Positions 61,427-64,000 of a stretch of DNA of 64,000 nucleotides are shown one piece after another. Under the pieces are notes generated by a model that made no database searches, had not been told where the DNA came from, and saw only the letters and a program-made list of their open reading frames with translations. The DNA is taken from NCBI RefSeq assembly GCF_009914755.1, contig NC_060946.1. One strand, written 5' to 3'. The first letter of the stretch is position 1; every line of letters starts with the position of its first letter. The translations under genes were made by a program, and so were the position numbers. This DNA is from the human T2T-CHM13v2.0 reference genome, Homo sapiens.

Positions 61427-62426
61427 TACAGTTAAGTTTTAAATCAATAACAAAACAGTTAACAATAATAAAAAGTAAAATGAAAATATACTTTGCATTG
61501 TATTAACCTAAAATGTAAATCCATGATGCAAGAATCCTAAAAAATATAAAAACTTCAATAAAGAAAACACACCAAAAAAAACCACTTAAGATACATCAAT
61601 CTTAAATAAATATTAATTCCTATGTGGTCCATATATATGAAGAATTGTTCTTTCAAAGCACGTTAGTCTTTCCCAAAGTTAATCTATAAGTTTAATTGGA
61701 TAAAATAAAATTTATCAACATCTAGCTCTGAAATTCACACAGAAAAATAAACTTGAGTTTACCTAAAACATTCAGTGAAAAGAAAGTTATAAAAGAATTT
61801 ACCTGCCAAATTTTATGTTTATTCACATATATAGTAACTAAGAATTTAGAACTATGGGTAAGACAGATTAACATAACAAAATTTACAGTACTCATGCAAA
61901 TCAGTGTAGTAACAGACAGAAGTGATATGGAAATGAATTGCTAAGCTATGTTTTGATATTCCAAGTCACAGCTACAAATTCCAGGATGTCTGGAAAATTA
62001 CCACTAAAAAGTTAAATTCGCTTCAGTTGACAAATAAAATTTATGAGATTATTTTCAAGTCTTTATCTCTTCTCACTCACTCTACTCTCATTCCTTAATT
62101 TAAGGTTACAGTTCTAGGCCTCATAACTATTTAAAATGCCCATTAGGCCGAATGAGAAAAATAGTAAAGACTGGACTACAACACATACATAGAAAGAAGA
62201 AATGACTGACTCATTCCCATTTGCATTTTTAAAAAACTATCATTACCTTATAACTGATGACAATTAAATAGGAACAGTTACGAAAGTGTGAAAACTAAAT
62301 AAATCTAAAGAGGGAAATATTTCAATTCCGTAAACGATAATTATGGCATCCTTAATCTTTTTAGCCATCTATTTATATTCAATTTACTTGTTGGAGGCAG
62401 TGAATGAGAAATATTTGTGTCACTTA

Positions 62427-62780
<354 letters not shown>

Positions 62781-64000
62781 TCAAAGTCGTCTTGTCAGTG
62801 AATCCAGTAGAGTTCAGTATTAAATTTAAACAGAAGTAAACAAGATTCTCTATAATTCACTATTCATAGAAAATGTTAACAGGTAGATATGGATCACTAA
62901 TCAGAATAGAAAAATCTATGTCTGGTTTAGGGAATATTGAACTATGATGTCTAATTTGACATACTATTTCTTCAGAAAACATTGTTTTAAAGAAGTAGAC
63001 GATCAAACTTCTATAAGGCATCAACTACCTCTTAGCACTGAGATGATAGTCCTATCTCCAAGTAGTATGAAAGAAATGTTCATTACTCATAAGTTTTCTT
63101 TTTGTGCTTTTCAGCCAATGTCTGCAGCTGACATCCACTAAAATAAAACGGCACAATCTAAGCCAAGTCTAACCATGATGACACTAAGAAAACTATCCCC
63201 AGATATTCCTGATTAGTAAAGGAATACAGAATAGTGAGGCCTTTAAGTTCCACTTATTGCTAGATGTTGGTTATTTGCATTTAAAATACTGTTTCTTGAC
63301 TGAACTTAACTCTATGAAGTTATTAATCTAGTAAAGTTTCAATTTAAATAGATGTAAAATCCAGACTGCATGGCAATAGTAGGTTTAAACTCTCTTTTGT
63401 TGGGGGGAAAAACAGCTCATTTTAGGTTCTCTGTAGACAAACCGCCAGAAAAATTACTGACATACTGTGAACATCAATTAGTCACTATGTGTGGGAAGCA
63501 ATATAAAACAAAATGAATAAGAAGGAAAATAAAAGGCAACAGTACTTTTAAATCAAGTAAATATTAAAATGAAATTGTTTTAGAGAAATATTTTTCTGAC
63601 TAAAAATGCTGTTAATATATTGAAAGCACAAAAAATGAGTAAGCATCTAATGCAAATTTCCAGAAAGAAAGATAATATTTCCCCAGAAGACGTTGGTGGT
63701 TTTTAAAAACATATTAATGGGAAAAGTAAAAGTAGTAGTTAAAAAAAGTGGGAGGGAAGAAGCAGGAAGTTATCTATTTTATTTGACAAGTTGTTCATTT
63801 CTTGAACTTTCTTTGCATTGCTTTGTCATAATTTATCATAAATATTCCTCAAATTCTTTAAATTTTATGCTGCAGAATATTAAATTCCTCAACTTCTTTT
63901 GTTTCTCTGATCTAAATCACACCTTTATCTATATGCACTTATTTATTCAAAGACAAAACCTTCATCCCATTTTAAAATATGTCCTCCTGGACCCAATCCA

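Overview
Primate (very probably human) genomic DNA, repeat-dense and mostly AT-rich. The only supported protein-coding gene is XKR3 (XK-related scramblase family) on the minus strand. Three coding exons (62762-62428, 54699-54446, 39088-38298) splice through canonical GT-AG junctions into an intact 1380-nt CDS of 459 aa, and any non-coding first exon lies beyond the right edge. From memory this places the window in the duplication-rich 22q11.1 pericentromeric region. The rest comprises: a CpG-rich ~1.2-kb unit near 2.2-3.5 kb resembling a solitary SST1/MER22 macrosatellite monomer, with promoter motifs and minus-strand splice signals; a full THE1A element with TSD; Tigger1; a near full-length L1PA3/4 with an ORF1 deletion but an intact endonuclease frame; old L1s (two with twin-priming inversions); MER41A and MER4-family LTRs; and about 35 Alus. 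The best second-look items are: (i) XKR3 keeps all four XK landmark residues at a constant +27 offset, including the Kell-linking Cys; (ii) a 43-bp inverted templated copy of one LTR is pasted into the neighbouring LTR; (iii) the SST1-like promoter could give an 83-aa spliced micro-ORF; (iv) the L1 could encode an endonuclease-only product. Repeat subfamily calls come from recalled consensus sequences, and many repeat boundaries are approximate. I found no convincing evidence of a wholly new multi-gene system.
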